Source: Vulcanimicrobiota bacterium (GTDB lineage Bacteria > Vulcanimicrobiota > Xenobia > Xenobiales > JADMJV01). From it: a DNA stretch of 64,000 bases. The position numbers were made by a program, and so were the translations under genes. Of this stretch, positions 1 through 9,009 are shown one piece after another. Location of the stretch: positions 2,916,891 through 2,980,890 of the forward strand of contig JBFWNU010000001.1 in assembly GCA_050250895.1 (NCBI GenBank), written 5' to 3'. How positions within the stretch are numbered: the stretch's first letter is position 1; each line of letters begins with the position of its first letter. The notes under the pieces are model-generated. The model made no database searches. It was not told the origin of the DNA and saw nothing but the letters and a program-made list of their open reading frames with translations.

Positions 1-92
1 ATTCCGGCGGTGAGGGTGAAGATGAGCGTGGCCATCACCAGGGTGAACAGGATGACTCCGAGCAAAGTGTTTCCGGCGTGGTGTCTTTTCAT
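1..92 (-). CDS. Partial (5' end only) prepilin/PilX-like protein, MKRHHAG|NTLLGVILFTLVMATLIFTLTAG..., runs off the window
   Basis: Manual translation from ATG at 92: basic leader, Gly, then a hydrophobic helix (class III signal-like). -10 box TAGGAT 7 nt upstream of the ATG. Confidence 0.6.
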   Translation of the reverse strand, partial: MKRHHAGNTLLGVILFTLVMATLIFTLTAG

Positions 93-131
93 AGGTCCTA
101 TCCTAGCGAGAAGTGAGCGGGCGTTCGGTGA

Positions 132-1160
132 TCATGGGCAAACTTGCGAGAGATTGGTCAGGGGCAGGGCCAGCTGGATGGCTAGAAAGCCCACGAACAG
201 GCCCATTCCGGCCATGGCCACCGGCTCGATGGCGGCCATCAGGGTGGCGATGCGATAGTCGAGCTCTTCTTCGAGCAAGCGGGCGCAGCGCTCGAGCATG
301 GCCTCGAGCTTGCCGCAGCGTTCGCCCGAGTCGACCATGGTCAACACCATCTTGGGCAGCTCGATGCGGGAGAGGGTCCGCGACAGGCTGGCTCCCTGGC
401 CGATGGCCCGAAGGGCGGGCCGGGCGTGCGCCTCTAGCAGGGGGTCGGTCGTGGAACGAAGTGACGACCCCACTGCCTTATCGAGGCGCACGCCCACCCG
501 GACCTGTAAGACCAGCCCTCGCACGAAGCGAAGGGCTCCCGCGGTGGCCAGCAGCTTGTTGAGATAGGGGACCCGATTGGCCAGTTGGCGCAGTCGGGTC
601 CGCTGCTGGGTCAGGGTCTCGCGCAGGAAGTGGCGGGCCGGCCAGGCGATCAGCAGAGCCAGGGGCAGCAGCCAGGCGGCCCATTGCGACAGGGCCACCA
701 GGTGCAGCATCGAGGCGGGCGGATTGGGCAGGCTCTGGGCCAGGCCCGAGAACAGCTGGCCGATGGAGAGAAAGATGAGCAGGGCCAGGGACATCACCAC
801 CAGCGGATAGGCGAGCACTCCGAGCAGTCGGCGGCGCAGCTGGTCCTGGCTCTCTTCGTGGTCGGCCAGTTCATGCAGCACGCGCACCAGGCTGCCGGTC
901 TCTTCGCCCATCATGAGCAGGCGCAGGTGAAAGTTGGAAAAGCAGCTCCGGTAACGGGCCAGAGCGTGGGACAGCGGCTGGCCGCAACGCACCAGCGCGG
1001 CCGAGCCCAGGCACACGGCCGAGAGCTGCTCGTCACCACTGGGCACGATGCCTTCCAGAGCCCGGTCGATGCGGACTCCCGAGTCGAGCATGGTGGCCAG
1101 CGAGCGAAAGAAGAGCGCCCGGGATTGGTGAGCGAGGTGGAGCTTGGTTTCGTTTGCCAT
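132..1160 (-). CDS. Type II secretion system F / PilC-family inner-membrane platform protein
   Basis: Two T2SSF repeats (FFRSLATMLDSGV...GEETGSL; MVDSGERCGKLEAML...IEP) with TM segments. ATG 1160 chosen because it lies 6 nt after a TAGAGT -10 box. Confidence 0.9.
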   Translation of the reverse strand: MANETKLHLAHQSRALFFRSLATMLDSGVRIDRALEGIVPSGDEQLSAVCLGSAALVRCGQPLSHALARYRSCFSNFHLRLLMMGEETGSLVRVLHELADHEESQDQLRRRLLGVLAYPLVVMSLALLIFLSIGQLFSGLAQSLPNPPASMLHLVALSQWAAWLLPLALLIAWPARHFLRETLTQQRTRLRQLANRVPYLNKLLATAGALRFVRGLVLQVRVGVRLDKAVGSSLRSTTDPLLEAHARPALRAIGQGASLSRTLSRIELPKMVLTMVDSGERCGKLEAMLERCARLLEEELDYRIATLMAAIEPVAMAGMGLFVGFLAIQLALPLTNLSQVCP

Positions 1161-1166
1161 AGCCAC

Positions 1167-1283
1167 ACTCTAGTCGAGGTGGCGCGAGTCGCTCAGTGAC
1201 TCCCCTGACCGTCGTCTTGTGAACTAGATCACAATTTGGCTCCGATGTCGATCACGGAAAGTCCGACGGCCGCAAGCTAGACT
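1167..1283. promoter_or_regulatory. Bidirectional promoter with central CRP/FNR-like palindrome TTGTGA-ACTAGA-TCACAA (1217-1234)
   Basis: Exact TGTGA-N6-TCACA. On each side a second TCAC 23 nt away and a -10 box (TAGACT 1278-1283; TAGAGT 1172-1167) 6 nt before an ATG. Confidence 0.75.
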
Positions 1284-1289
1284 GGGGCT

Positions 1290-1640
1290 ATGAAACGCAA
1301 TCGAGGATTTTCCACCCTGAACGAGGTTTTCGCGATGGCCGTGCTGGGGCTGACCTTATTCACCTTCTTGGCGATGTCGGGACGCATCTTCGCGGCCAGT
1401 CGAGAAGCCCGCCATCGGCAGGCGGCCCAGAGCATCCTGGACAAGGTGGTGGCCGAGGTCCGGGCCCAGCCAGCCGCCTATGCCGACGGGTCCACTCGAC
1501 TCGACCCGGTGACCCTGGATGGGACGGAGTATCGTCCCCGTCTGACCGTCTCGGGCGGGCCGCTCCGTGATGTGACGGTCACAGTGGAATGGGGCCAGGG
1601 AACCAGCCAAACTCGCTACTTTCGAGTGCTGGAGCCCTAG
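1290..1640 (+). CDS. Minor pilin/pseudopilin (PilV/GspI-like)
   Basis: MKRNRG|FSTLNEVFAMAVLGL class III signal-like N-terminus; C-terminal beta-rich VTVTVEWG motif. Confidence 0.8.
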   Translation: MKRNRGFSTLNEVFAMAVLGLTLFTFLAMSGRIFAASREARHRQAAQSILDKVVAEVRAQPAAYADGSTRLDPVTLDGTEYRPRLTVSGGPLRDVTVTVEWGQGTSQTRYFRVLEP

Positions 1641-1861
1641 AGTTGGGCTAGAAAGGCCTCGAGCGTCGGAGCAGCCGCGGCCGCTTCGGCCAGAGCGGAA
1701 AGGCGTTTCGGATCCGACAACTCGTCCAGGCGTTGCAGAGCCTCCTCGCCAACCTCAGGGAACCGGAGTTGGCGCACCAGCCGCTGCTTGGCCCGGCGAC
1801 GGCGGTTGCTATCGGGACCGCCGGTGCGCGTGTGGAGATGGGCGACGACGACCGGACCGAA
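1637..1861 (-). pseudogene. Internally deleted, 5'-truncated remnant of the Rpn/DUF4351-type gene
   Basis: Translates FGPVVVAHLHTRTGGPDSNRRRRAKQRLVRQL|RFPEVGEEALQRLDELSDPKRLSALAEAAAAAPTLEAFLAQL*, matching two separated segments of the 1993-2952 protein. No in-frame start seen. Confidence 0.8.
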
Positions 1862-1992
1862 GAGATTGTTAACTCTGGCGGAGCCCCCATGAAGGTTCCC
1901 CCGGTAGAGCGACGCGGCTGCGGCGTGCGGGTTCGGGGAACCTCAAGACCAAGAATACCAGCCGGACGGCCGGGCGTCGGTGAAATTTTCCC

Positions 1993-2952
1993 TCAGAGTT
2001 CGGCCAGAAAGGCGTCTATCGTCGGGGCGGTGGCAGCCTTTAGCGCCAGGGAGGATAGGCGCTCCCGGTCCGTCAATTCGTCGAGGCAGGACAGGGTCTC
2101 TTCGGCTACCTCGGGGAACCGGCCCATGAGGACTGTCCTGACGGCCTCTCTCAGACCCTCCGTCCGACCCTCGACCCGGCCCTGTTCCAGACCCTGTTCC
2201 AGGCCCTGCTGCAGGCCCTTCTTGATCCCGATTCTCTCGACGCTGGTGATGTAAGGCATGTTGTTCTTCCTCTCATAGATTTCTAGATTGTGCCAGAAGA
2301 CTCCCGCCTGGCGTTCTGACAGACGCAAGAACCAATCGATGAGCCGAAAGAGTTGGCGGATGTCCTTGCGGCTGAAGCCTGATTTGTGGAGCTGGCGCAC
2401 CAGCCGCTGCTTGGCCCGTTGTCGACGATCGCTATCCGGGCCACCGGTGCGCGTGTGAAGATGAGCGGCCACGACTGGGCCGAAGGGGTTCTTGCTCTGC
2501 TCAAGAGCCGGCAGGTCAGCGCGAAACTCCTCGAGTTTGACCACTGGAAAGTCGAGGCGGTGGCGGCAACCGAGCAACTCTTCCTGGTAGCTGTCGGGAC
2601 GCCAGGTCGGGCTAGGATCGCCCAGCACCACCAGGGTGCAGACGGGCAGACCAAGGCCCAGCCGGATGCGATAGTGGTAGTCAAAGAGGCGTTCGGGAAA
2701 ATCTTGCTTGGTCTGGTTTTGCACCTCGATGTGGATCAGGATGAGAGTGGCCATGCCGCCCGTCATCGTGACCTGCATCAGGACATCAACCCGGCGGGGG
2801 CCGGCCGCCGGACTGAGCAGCTCGGTCTCTTTCACCTGCCAACCGAGGCTCCAGTCGATGGCCAGGTACACCTCGGGAAAGAGCAGTTCGAGGAACTGGG
2901 GAAAGTAGACGTGCAGCGCCTCTTTCCAGGGGGAGTCGTATTCCTGTGCCAC
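1993..2952 (-). CDS. Rpn-family (YhgA-like / DUF4351) PD-(D/E)XK nuclease, copy 1
   Basis: YDSPWKEAL...RRVDVL...LIHIEVQ motifs; MPYITSVER junction; GLEQ/GRxE repeats; DUF4351-like helical C-terminus. Confidence 0.85.
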   Translation of the reverse strand: MAQEYDSPWKEALHVYFPQFLELLFPEVYLAIDWSLGWQVKETELLSPAAGPRRVDVLMQVTMTGGMATLILIHIEVQNQTKQDFPERLFDYHYRIRLGLGLPVCTLVVLGDPSPTWRPDSYQEELLGCRHRLDFPVVKLEEFRADLPALEQSKNPFGPVVAAHLHTRTGGPDSDRRQRAKQRLVRQLHKSGFSRKDIRQLFRLIDWFLRLSERQAGVFWHNLEIYERKNNMPYITSVERIGIKKGLQQGLEQGLEQGRVEGRTEGLREAVRTVLMGRFPEVAEETLSCLDELTDRERLSSLALKAATAPTIDAFLAEL

Positions 2953-3143
2953 GCAGACCTCCAGTGAGCGGATCTGGGTGGCTTCTACGACCTCCGGGCG
3001 GCTCCCGTCGAAGAGATTGTTAACTCTGGCGGAGCCCCCATGAAGGTTCCCCCGGTAGAGCGACGCGGCTGCGGCGTGCGGGTTCGGGGAACCTCAAGAC
3101 CAAGAATACCAGCCGGACGGCGGGGCGTCGGTGAAATTTTCCC

Positions 3144-4091
3144 CTACAGTTCGGTCAGGAAGTCATCAACCGTTGGCGCTGTAGCGGCTTTGAGAGCTAG
3201 GGCGGACAGACGCTCTTGGTCGGTTAGCTCGTCGAGGCAGGACAGGGTCTCTTCGGCTACCTCGGGGAACCGGCCGATGAGGACTGTCCTGACGGCCTCT
3301 CTCAGACCCTCCGTCCGACCCTCGACCCGGCCCTGTTCCAGGCCCTGCTGCAGGCCCTTCTTGATCCCGATTTTCTCGACGCTGGTGATGTAAGGCATGT
3401 TGTTCTTCCTCTCATAGATTTCTAGATTGTGCCAGAAGACTCCCGCCTGGCGTTCTGACAGACGCAAGAACCAATCGATGAGCCGAAAGAGTTGGCGGAT
3501 GTCCTTGCGGCTGAAGCCTGATTTGTGGAGCTGGCGCACCAGCCGCTGCTTGGCCCGTTGTCGACGATCGCTATCCGGGCCACCGGTGCGCGTGTGAAGA
3601 TGAGCGGCCACGACTGGGCCGAAGGGGTTCTTGCTCTGCTCAAGAGCCGGCAGGTCAGCGCGAAACTCCTCGAGTTTGACCACTGGAAAGTCGAGGCGGT
3701 GGCGGCAACCGAGCAACTCTTCCTGGTAGCTGTCGGGACGCCAGGTCGGGCTAGGATCGCCCAGCACCACCAGGGTGCAGACGGGCAGACCAAGGCCCAG
3801 CCGGATGCGATAGTGGTAGTCAAAGAGGCGTTCGGGAAAATCTTGCTTGGTCTGGTTTTGCACCTCGATGTGGATCAGGATGAGAGTGGCCATGCCGCCC
3901 GTCATCGTGACCTGCATCAGGACATCAACCCGGCGGGGGCCGGCCGCCGGACTGAGCAGCTCGGTCTCTTTCACCTGCCAACCGAGGCTCCAGTCGATGG
4001 CCAGGTACACCTCGGGAAAGAGCAGTTCGAGGAACTGGGGAAAGTAGACGTGCAGCGCCTCTTTCCAGGGGGAGTCGTATTCCTGTGCCAC
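3144..4091 (-). CDS. Rpn-family (YhgA-like / DUF4351) PD-(D/E)XK nuclease, copy 2
   Basis: Identical to copy 1 up to MPYITSVE; the C-terminal domain differs (one fewer GLEQ repeat, several substitutions). Confidence 0.85.
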   Translation of the reverse strand: MAQEYDSPWKEALHVYFPQFLELLFPEVYLAIDWSLGWQVKETELLSPAAGPRRVDVLMQVTMTGGMATLILIHIEVQNQTKQDFPERLFDYHYRIRLGLGLPVCTLVVLGDPSPTWRPDSYQEELLGCRHRLDFPVVKLEEFRADLPALEQSKNPFGPVVAAHLHTRTGGPDSDRRQRAKQRLVRQLHKSGFSRKDIRQLFRLIDWFLRLSERQAGVFWHNLEIYERKNNMPYITSVEKIGIKKGLQQGLEQGRVEGRTEGLREAVRTVLIGRFPEVAEETLSCLDELTDQERLSALALKAATAPTVDDFLTEL

Positions 4092-4289
4092 GCAGACCTC
4101 CAGTGAGCGGATCTGGGTGGCTTCTACGACCTCCGGGCGGCTCCCGTCGAAGAGATTGTTAACTCTGGCGGAGCCCCCATGAAGGTTCCCCCGGTAGAGC
4201 GACGCGGCTGCGGCGTGCGGGTTCGGGGAACCTCAAGACCAAGAATACCAGCCTGACGGCTGGGCGTCGGTGAAATTTTCCCCCGCCGG

Positions 4290-5042
4290 CTAGTAGAGCC
4301 GATAGAAGCGAAAGGCCTTGGGCCACTCTACCCGGGGGCAGAAGGCGAGGGCGACGGGCTGGTCGCCTAAGGCCGATTCGCGGATCACGATGTGGTGCTC
4401 GAAGGCTTGGGCCTGCTCGAATTCGCGCTGACTGACCCGGCACACGACCTTGTGAAAGCGGCTGTAAAGCCAGCACCGCAGCTGCCAGGCCTGCGAGAAG
4501 CGCTCGATGCAAGCCACGGCCGCGTGGGCGGCGGCTACGATGGCCCGGCCGGGGGCGAGGTCTTCTTGGACCAGGATGTACATCTTGAGCTGGTCTTCGT
4601 AGAAGTCGTCCAGGCGTTCGTATTCGGCCGCCTGGTCGCTGACCCAAGCGACCGCCTCGTCGACACCCGCATGAAGCTGGGCCCCGGGCAAGAGGCTGTC
4701 GAGGTGGCAGTCGGGGCCGGCCACGACGGCGATGGGGAAAGCCGGTAAGACGGGGTCAGGGTCGAGGCAGAACAGGCGCAACAGGCTGTCGCCCCACGAG
4801 TAGGCGAGCCGAGAGAAGTCGAGCACCAGGCCGTGGGGGTGGCAGAGGTGGTAGTAGCGATGAAACTCCGACTCCATGAAGGCGGCGTCGGCGTTGCCGG
4901 GCGAGCCGGGGCGATACTCGCCGTGAAAGGCCAAAACCAGAACGGGCCTGGCGAACTCGGCGCGACAGCTAAGCGAGCTGAAGTCGGCGGGGTTGATCAC
5001 ACCGCGTGGGACACATAGGACAATGATAGCCAATATTGCCAT
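4290..5042 (-). CDS. Peptidyl-tRNA hydrolase type 2 (Pth2)-like domain with an N-terminal STAS-like domain
   Basis: C-terminal KMYILVQEDLAPGRAIVAAAHAAV...FHKVVCRV...VALAFCP resembles Pth2; N-terminal VLAFHGE...LVLDFSRLAYSWGDSL resembles STAS. Start uncertain. Confidence 0.6.
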   Translation of the reverse strand: MAILAIIVLCVPRGVINPADFSSLSCRAEFARPVLVLAFHGEYRPGSPGNADAAFMESEFHRYYHLCHPHGLVLDFSRLAYSWGDSLLRLFCLDPDPVLPAFPIAVVAGPDCHLDSLLPGAQLHAGVDEAVAWVSDQAAEYERLDDFYEDQLKMYILVQEDLAPGRAIVAAAHAAVACIERFSQAWQLRCWLYSRFHKVVCRVSQREFEQAQAFEHHIVIRESALGDQPVALAFCPRVEWPKAFRFYRLY

Positions 5043-5100
5043 CTTGTCAAGGGGGCGGGCCGGGCAAGATGACCTGGCGTCTCCCGACAGCTACAATAGA

Positions 5101-5186
5101 GGGACCGGCTTCGGTGGTCGTGTTGTCGTGGAGGCAGCACTCGGCGAGGGCTACTCGTGCAGCGCGCTCGGCCATCAGCAGAGCCT
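5101..5186 (-). pseudogene. Short decayed fragment of the PilX-like gene N-terminus (homologous to ~10301-10385)
   Basis: TTCGGTGGTCGTGTTGTC...CTCGGCCATCAGCAGAGCCT is shared with 10311-10384. Confidence 0.7.
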
Positions 5187-5237
5187 CCGTATGGGGGGCG
5201 GGACAGGGCAGTTACGGGCGGTGACGAAGCCCAGACC

Positions 5238-6476
5238 ATGGATAGGAAGATGTTACTCCTGGCTGTGCTGCTCTTGTTGGCCTTTGGTTGTGATTCCGAA
5301 GACGTCAACTTCCCGAGCGGAAGCACTCCCGTGATCGGCCCGGCAGCGGCCAACGACACCTATAACGCGGTGGTCAACGCGCCGCTCACTGCGACTGCGG
5401 CTCAGGGGGTGCTGCTCAACGACCCGGTCCCGGCCCCCGTGACCGCCTTCGACAACCCCAGTGCCCAGGGCGGCACGGTAGCGGTCAATGCCGACGGCTC
5501 CTTCACCTACACGCCGGCCAACAACTTCCAGGGCACGGACACCTTCACCTATACCACCGCCAACGGCAGCGGTCAGGCCTCCGCAACGGTTACCGTGACA
5601 GTCGCCGGTGGGGTCATCTTCGTGAATAACCAGTCCGGTGGAGGCACGGGCGGCTTCAACGACCCCTTCCCGACCCTGGCCCAGGCAGTGGCCGCTTCGG
5701 TCCCCGGTGACACCATCTTCCTGTTCCGCGGCAACGGCACAACCAACGGCTACAACACTCCCGTGCAACTCAAAGCCAACCAGCGCCTGGTCGGCGAGGG
5801 CACCGGCCTCATCACCGCCCGCCAGGACATCCTGGCTCAAGGCACCGTCGTGCCCTCTGGAGCCTTCCCTGTCCTGACCGGCCCGGTCACGATGGCCGAC
5901 GGCTGCACCGTTCAGGGTTTGCGCTTTGAAAACCCCAGCAATATGATGGCGAATGTGTTCGCCGTAACGGTTCCGGTGACACCCGTGGTCACAGATGGGA
6001 CCGTCAGCAACAACCAGTTCATTGGTTATGGCGCGGGAGTGGAAGTATCAAGTGCCGTAGGCACCTGGACCATCCGCGAGAACTTATTTCAGAATGGCAT
6101 AGTGGCCATCGTCATAAACGGAGCCCTCCTCAGTGGACAGACCACTTACTTCATCACGGACAACCGGGCGCAAGGCTTCGGTCAGTTTCTGTTTCTCTCC
6201 GCCGCCAACAATGCCAATGTGAGAGCCCAGTTGCTGAACAACGTTGTCGTGAACCCGACCGGCACCCGTAGCTTCGTCTTCGACGCTCGCGACAACGGCG
6301 TCTTGTGTCTCGACTTGGTCAGCAATGATGGGGCCGGAGATTTCGAATTTGGCCAATTCGACTTGAGCGTTCTCAGCGTTGAGCAATTCTTACAGCTGGG
6401 CACGCTGAACACGGGCTCAGTGACTGTGCCGTTCGGGACCGTCACGGAGGTGGTCGATGGATTTTGCGGCTTCTAG
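5238..6476 (+). CDS. Lipoprotein with Ig/cadherin-like (Big_9) domain and C-terminal beta-helix (pectin-lyase fold-like), copy 1
   Basis: Lipobox LAFG-C; AANDTY...GVLLND...DGSFTYTP...GTDTFTYT Ig-like motif; F.TLAQAV...PGDTI and repeated I.NN.F beta-helix rungs. Confidence 0.8.
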   Translation: MDRKMLLLAVLLLLAFGCDSEDVNFPSGSTPVIGPAAANDTYNAVVNAPLTATAAQGVLLNDPVPAPVTAFDNPSAQGGTVAVNADGSFTYTPANNFQGTDTFTYTTANGSGQASATVTVTVAGGVIFVNNQSGGGTGGFNDPFPTLAQAVAASVPGDTIFLFRGNGTTNGYNTPVQLKANQRLVGEGTGLITARQDILAQGTVVPSGAFPVLTGPVTMADGCTVQGLRFENPSNMMANVFAVTVPVTPVVTDGTVSNNQFIGYGAGVEVSSAVGTWTIRENLFQNGIVAIVINGALLSGQTTYFITDNRAQGFGQFLFLSAANNANVRAQLLNNVVVNPTGTRSFVFDARDNGVLCLDLVSNDGAGDFEFGQFDLSVLSVEQFLQLGTLNTGSVTVPFGTVTEVVDGFCGF

Positions 6477-7706
6477 CGAGTCCGCCAGACGACCACACGG
6501 AGGCGATCTCCCTCGGAGAGGAGTTGGTCGAGATCCAGCCGGAAGAACACACCCGAGTGTCCTATGTTGGCCTCCGCGATCCGCGTTCGCCAGGCCGATT
6601 CCACACGCGGCCAATATCTTGCAGCTGCGCTGCGGACGGGGCCTGGGGGCAGTTGCTGCCAATCCGAGAATGTCTCGGTAACTGACCGGCCTTCTTCGTC
6701 CGGATGGGTCCATTGAAGCGACAACTTGGAGGGATCCCACGCGTAACCACCCCTTCCGTCTGCGAAATCGCTAATTTGCAGTGGGGAGACTTGCAGCCCA
6801 TAGAGGCGAGCTGTGTCATCTGCGAGGTTCAACCGATCCTCCAGTTCAATATGCCCGGCCTCCGGCGCGTAGTAGAGGCGAGTGTCCTCGAGGTGCATGT
6901 CGCCCTGGGCGAGCAGCACGCCACGCACCTCGAGGTTATCGGCGGAGAAGCCGCCCTGGGTGGCCACCAGGCCGGTGAACACCGAGCCCTCACCGTGCAG
7001 CGTCACATCGCCGCCGGCCACCAGGGCGGTCAGGCCGGTGCTGGTCAACTGCGAGCCGCCGTGGACTTCCAGGCGACCGGTGCAGACCACGGCCCCCTGG
7101 CCGCGGATACCTCCGTGGACCACCAGGTCGCCGTCGACGTAGAGCAAGCCGCCGTCGAGGTCGAGGCCGTCACCGACGATCAAATCGCCCTGGCGGCGGG
7201 CGGGGCCGGCGACCGAGAGACGGTTCTCGAAGCTCGAGTCGAGCGAGCGCAGGTTGAGCTGGCCACGCGGGTCATAGGTGGTGGGGTCGATGGTGGCGAT
7301 GGCCTGGGCTTCGGAGAAGGGGCGCAGCTGGCCGCGCACCAGGCCGTGATTGTCCACCGAGCCGACCGCGCGCGCGTCGCCCAGCACCTCGCACTGTTGG
7401 CCCAGCACCAGAGCGGGACCGTTGCTATCGGTGGCGTTGCTCAGGATGTGGCCAGGAAAGAGCTCGTCCGGGTTGAGGCCATTCTCGAAGGCGGCCAGGT
7501 TCTCGACCGAGCCGACCAGCACGCGATCGGCCTCGATGCGCCCGTTCGAGGCGATCGAGTAGGGAAAGGGCGGGATGTGCAAGATGGCCTCGCGCACCAC
7601 CTGGCGGCCGCGACAGCTGCCGACAGCTACCAGGTGAATGGCGTGGGCCGGGACCATCGTGTGGCCGTAGCCCTCGCGCGGAGTCGACGAGGCCAGGTTG
7701 TTGAGA
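6473..7706 (-). pseudogene. 5'-truncated copy of the PilX-like gene with a variant C-terminus (possible silent cassette)
   Basis: Near-identical to 9381-10242, but homology stops at 7706, so the prepilin N-terminus is missing. The frame is intact from 7657 to the stop. Confidence 0.75.
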
Positions 7707-7767
7707 AATCCCGCCTGCTCACCGAGCCCCGAACAGGGCAGTTCCGGGCGGTGACGAAGCCCAGACC

Positions 7768-9009
7768 ATGGATAAGAAGATGTTACTCCTGGCTGTGCTG
7801 CTCTTGTTGGCCTTTGGTTGTGATTCCGAAGACGTCAACTTCCCGAGCGGAAGCACTCCCGTGATCGGCCCAGCAGCGGCCAACGACACCTATAACGCGG
7901 TGGTCAACGCGCCGCTCACCGCCACTGCGGCTCAGGGGGTGCTGCTCAACGACCCGGTCCCGGCCCCCGTGACCGCTTTCGACAACCCCAGCGCCCAGGG
8001 CGGCACGGTAGCGGTGAATGCCGACGGCTCCTTCACCTACACGCCGGCCAACAACTTCCAGGGCACGGACACCTTCACCTATACCACCGCCAACGGCAGC
8101 GGTCAGGCCTCCGCAACGGTTACCGTGACAGTCGCCGGTGGGGTCATCTTCGTGAATAACCAGTCCGGTGGAGGCACGGGCGGCTTCAACGACCCCTTCC
8201 CGACCCTGGCCCAGGCAGTGGCCGCTTCGGTCCCCGGTGACACCATCTTCCTGTTCCGCGGCAACGGCACAACCAACGGCTACAACACTCCCGTGCAACT
8301 CAAAGCCAACCAGCGCCTGGTCGGCGAGGGCATCGGCCTCATCACCGCCCGCCAGGACATCCTGGCTCAGGGCACCGTCGTGCCCTCTGGAGCCTTCCCC
8401 GTCTTGACCGGCCCGGTCACGATGGCCGACGGCTGCACGGTCCAGGGTTTGCGCTTTGAAAACCCCAGCAATATGATGGTCAACACCTTCGCTGTCCTGG
8501 TCCCGGTCGTGCCCGTGGTGACTGACGGCACGATCAGCAACAACCAGTTCGTCGGCTACGGCGGCGGAGTGGACATCTCCAGCGGCGTGGGCACGTGGAA
8601 CCTGAGGAACAACTTATTCCAGAATGGGTTGGCCGCGATTTCTGTTAACGGCGCCCTGCAGAGTGGACAATCCACGTTTCTCATCACTGGTAACCGGGCC
8701 GAGGACTACGGCCAACTCCTGTTCATTTCCGCCGCTAACCTGGCTCAGGTGAGAGCCCAGGTGCGCAACAATGTAGTTGTCAACCCCACTAGTATACTCA
8801 TCTTTGTCTTCGATGCGGCGGACAACGGAGTTCTATGTCTCGACCTGGTTGGCAACGACGCGGCGAGCGGTTTGTTCGAGTTTGGTCAGTTCGATACAAG
8901 CACTCTGAATGTCGAGCAGTTCTCTCAAGTGAGTACACTGAATTCAGGGCAGGTCTCGGCGCTTACCGGGACCGTGACGGAGGTCGCGGACGGATTCTGT
9001 GGGTTCTAG
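7768..9009 (+). CDS. Lipoprotein with Ig-like and beta-helix domains, copy 2
   Basis: N-terminal ~235 aa nearly identical to copy 1; C-terminal ~175 aa diverged. Confidence 0.8.
   Translation: MDKKMLLLAVLLLLAFGCDSEDVNFPSGSTPVIGPAAANDTYNAVVNAPLTATAAQGVLLNDPVPAPVTAFDNPSAQGGTVAVNADGSFTYTPANNFQGTDTFTYTTANGSGQASATVTVTVAGGVIFVNNQSGGGTGGFNDPFPTLAQAVAASVPGDTIFLFRGNGTTNGYNTPVQLKANQRLVGEGIGLITARQDILAQGTVVPSGAFPVLTGPVTMADGCTVQGLRFENPSNMMVNTFAVLVPVVPVVTDGTISNNQFVGYGGGVDISSGVGTWNLRNNLFQNGLAAISVNGALQSGQSTFLITGNRAEDYGQLLFISAANLAQVRAQVRNNVVVNPTSILIFVFDAADNGVLCLDLVGNDAASGLFEFGQFDTSTLNVEQFSQVSTLNSGQVSALTGTVTEVADGFCGF

Larger units (their letters stand above)
1859..4282. repeat. Tandem array with three 134-bp direct repeats (1859-1992, 3010-3143, 4149-4282) bounding 1151- and 1139-bp units
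   Basis: GAAGAGATTGTTAACTCTGGCGG...GGTGAAATTTTCCC occurs three times nearly identically; the enclosed genes are identical over their N-terminal ~230 codons. Confidence 0.95.

Noticed and set aside
1859-4282. Insertion sequence or composite transposon
   Set aside because: No terminal inverted repeats, target-site duplication or DDE/HUH motifs; the family is often labelled 'transposase' but has a PD-(D/E)XK nuclease signature.
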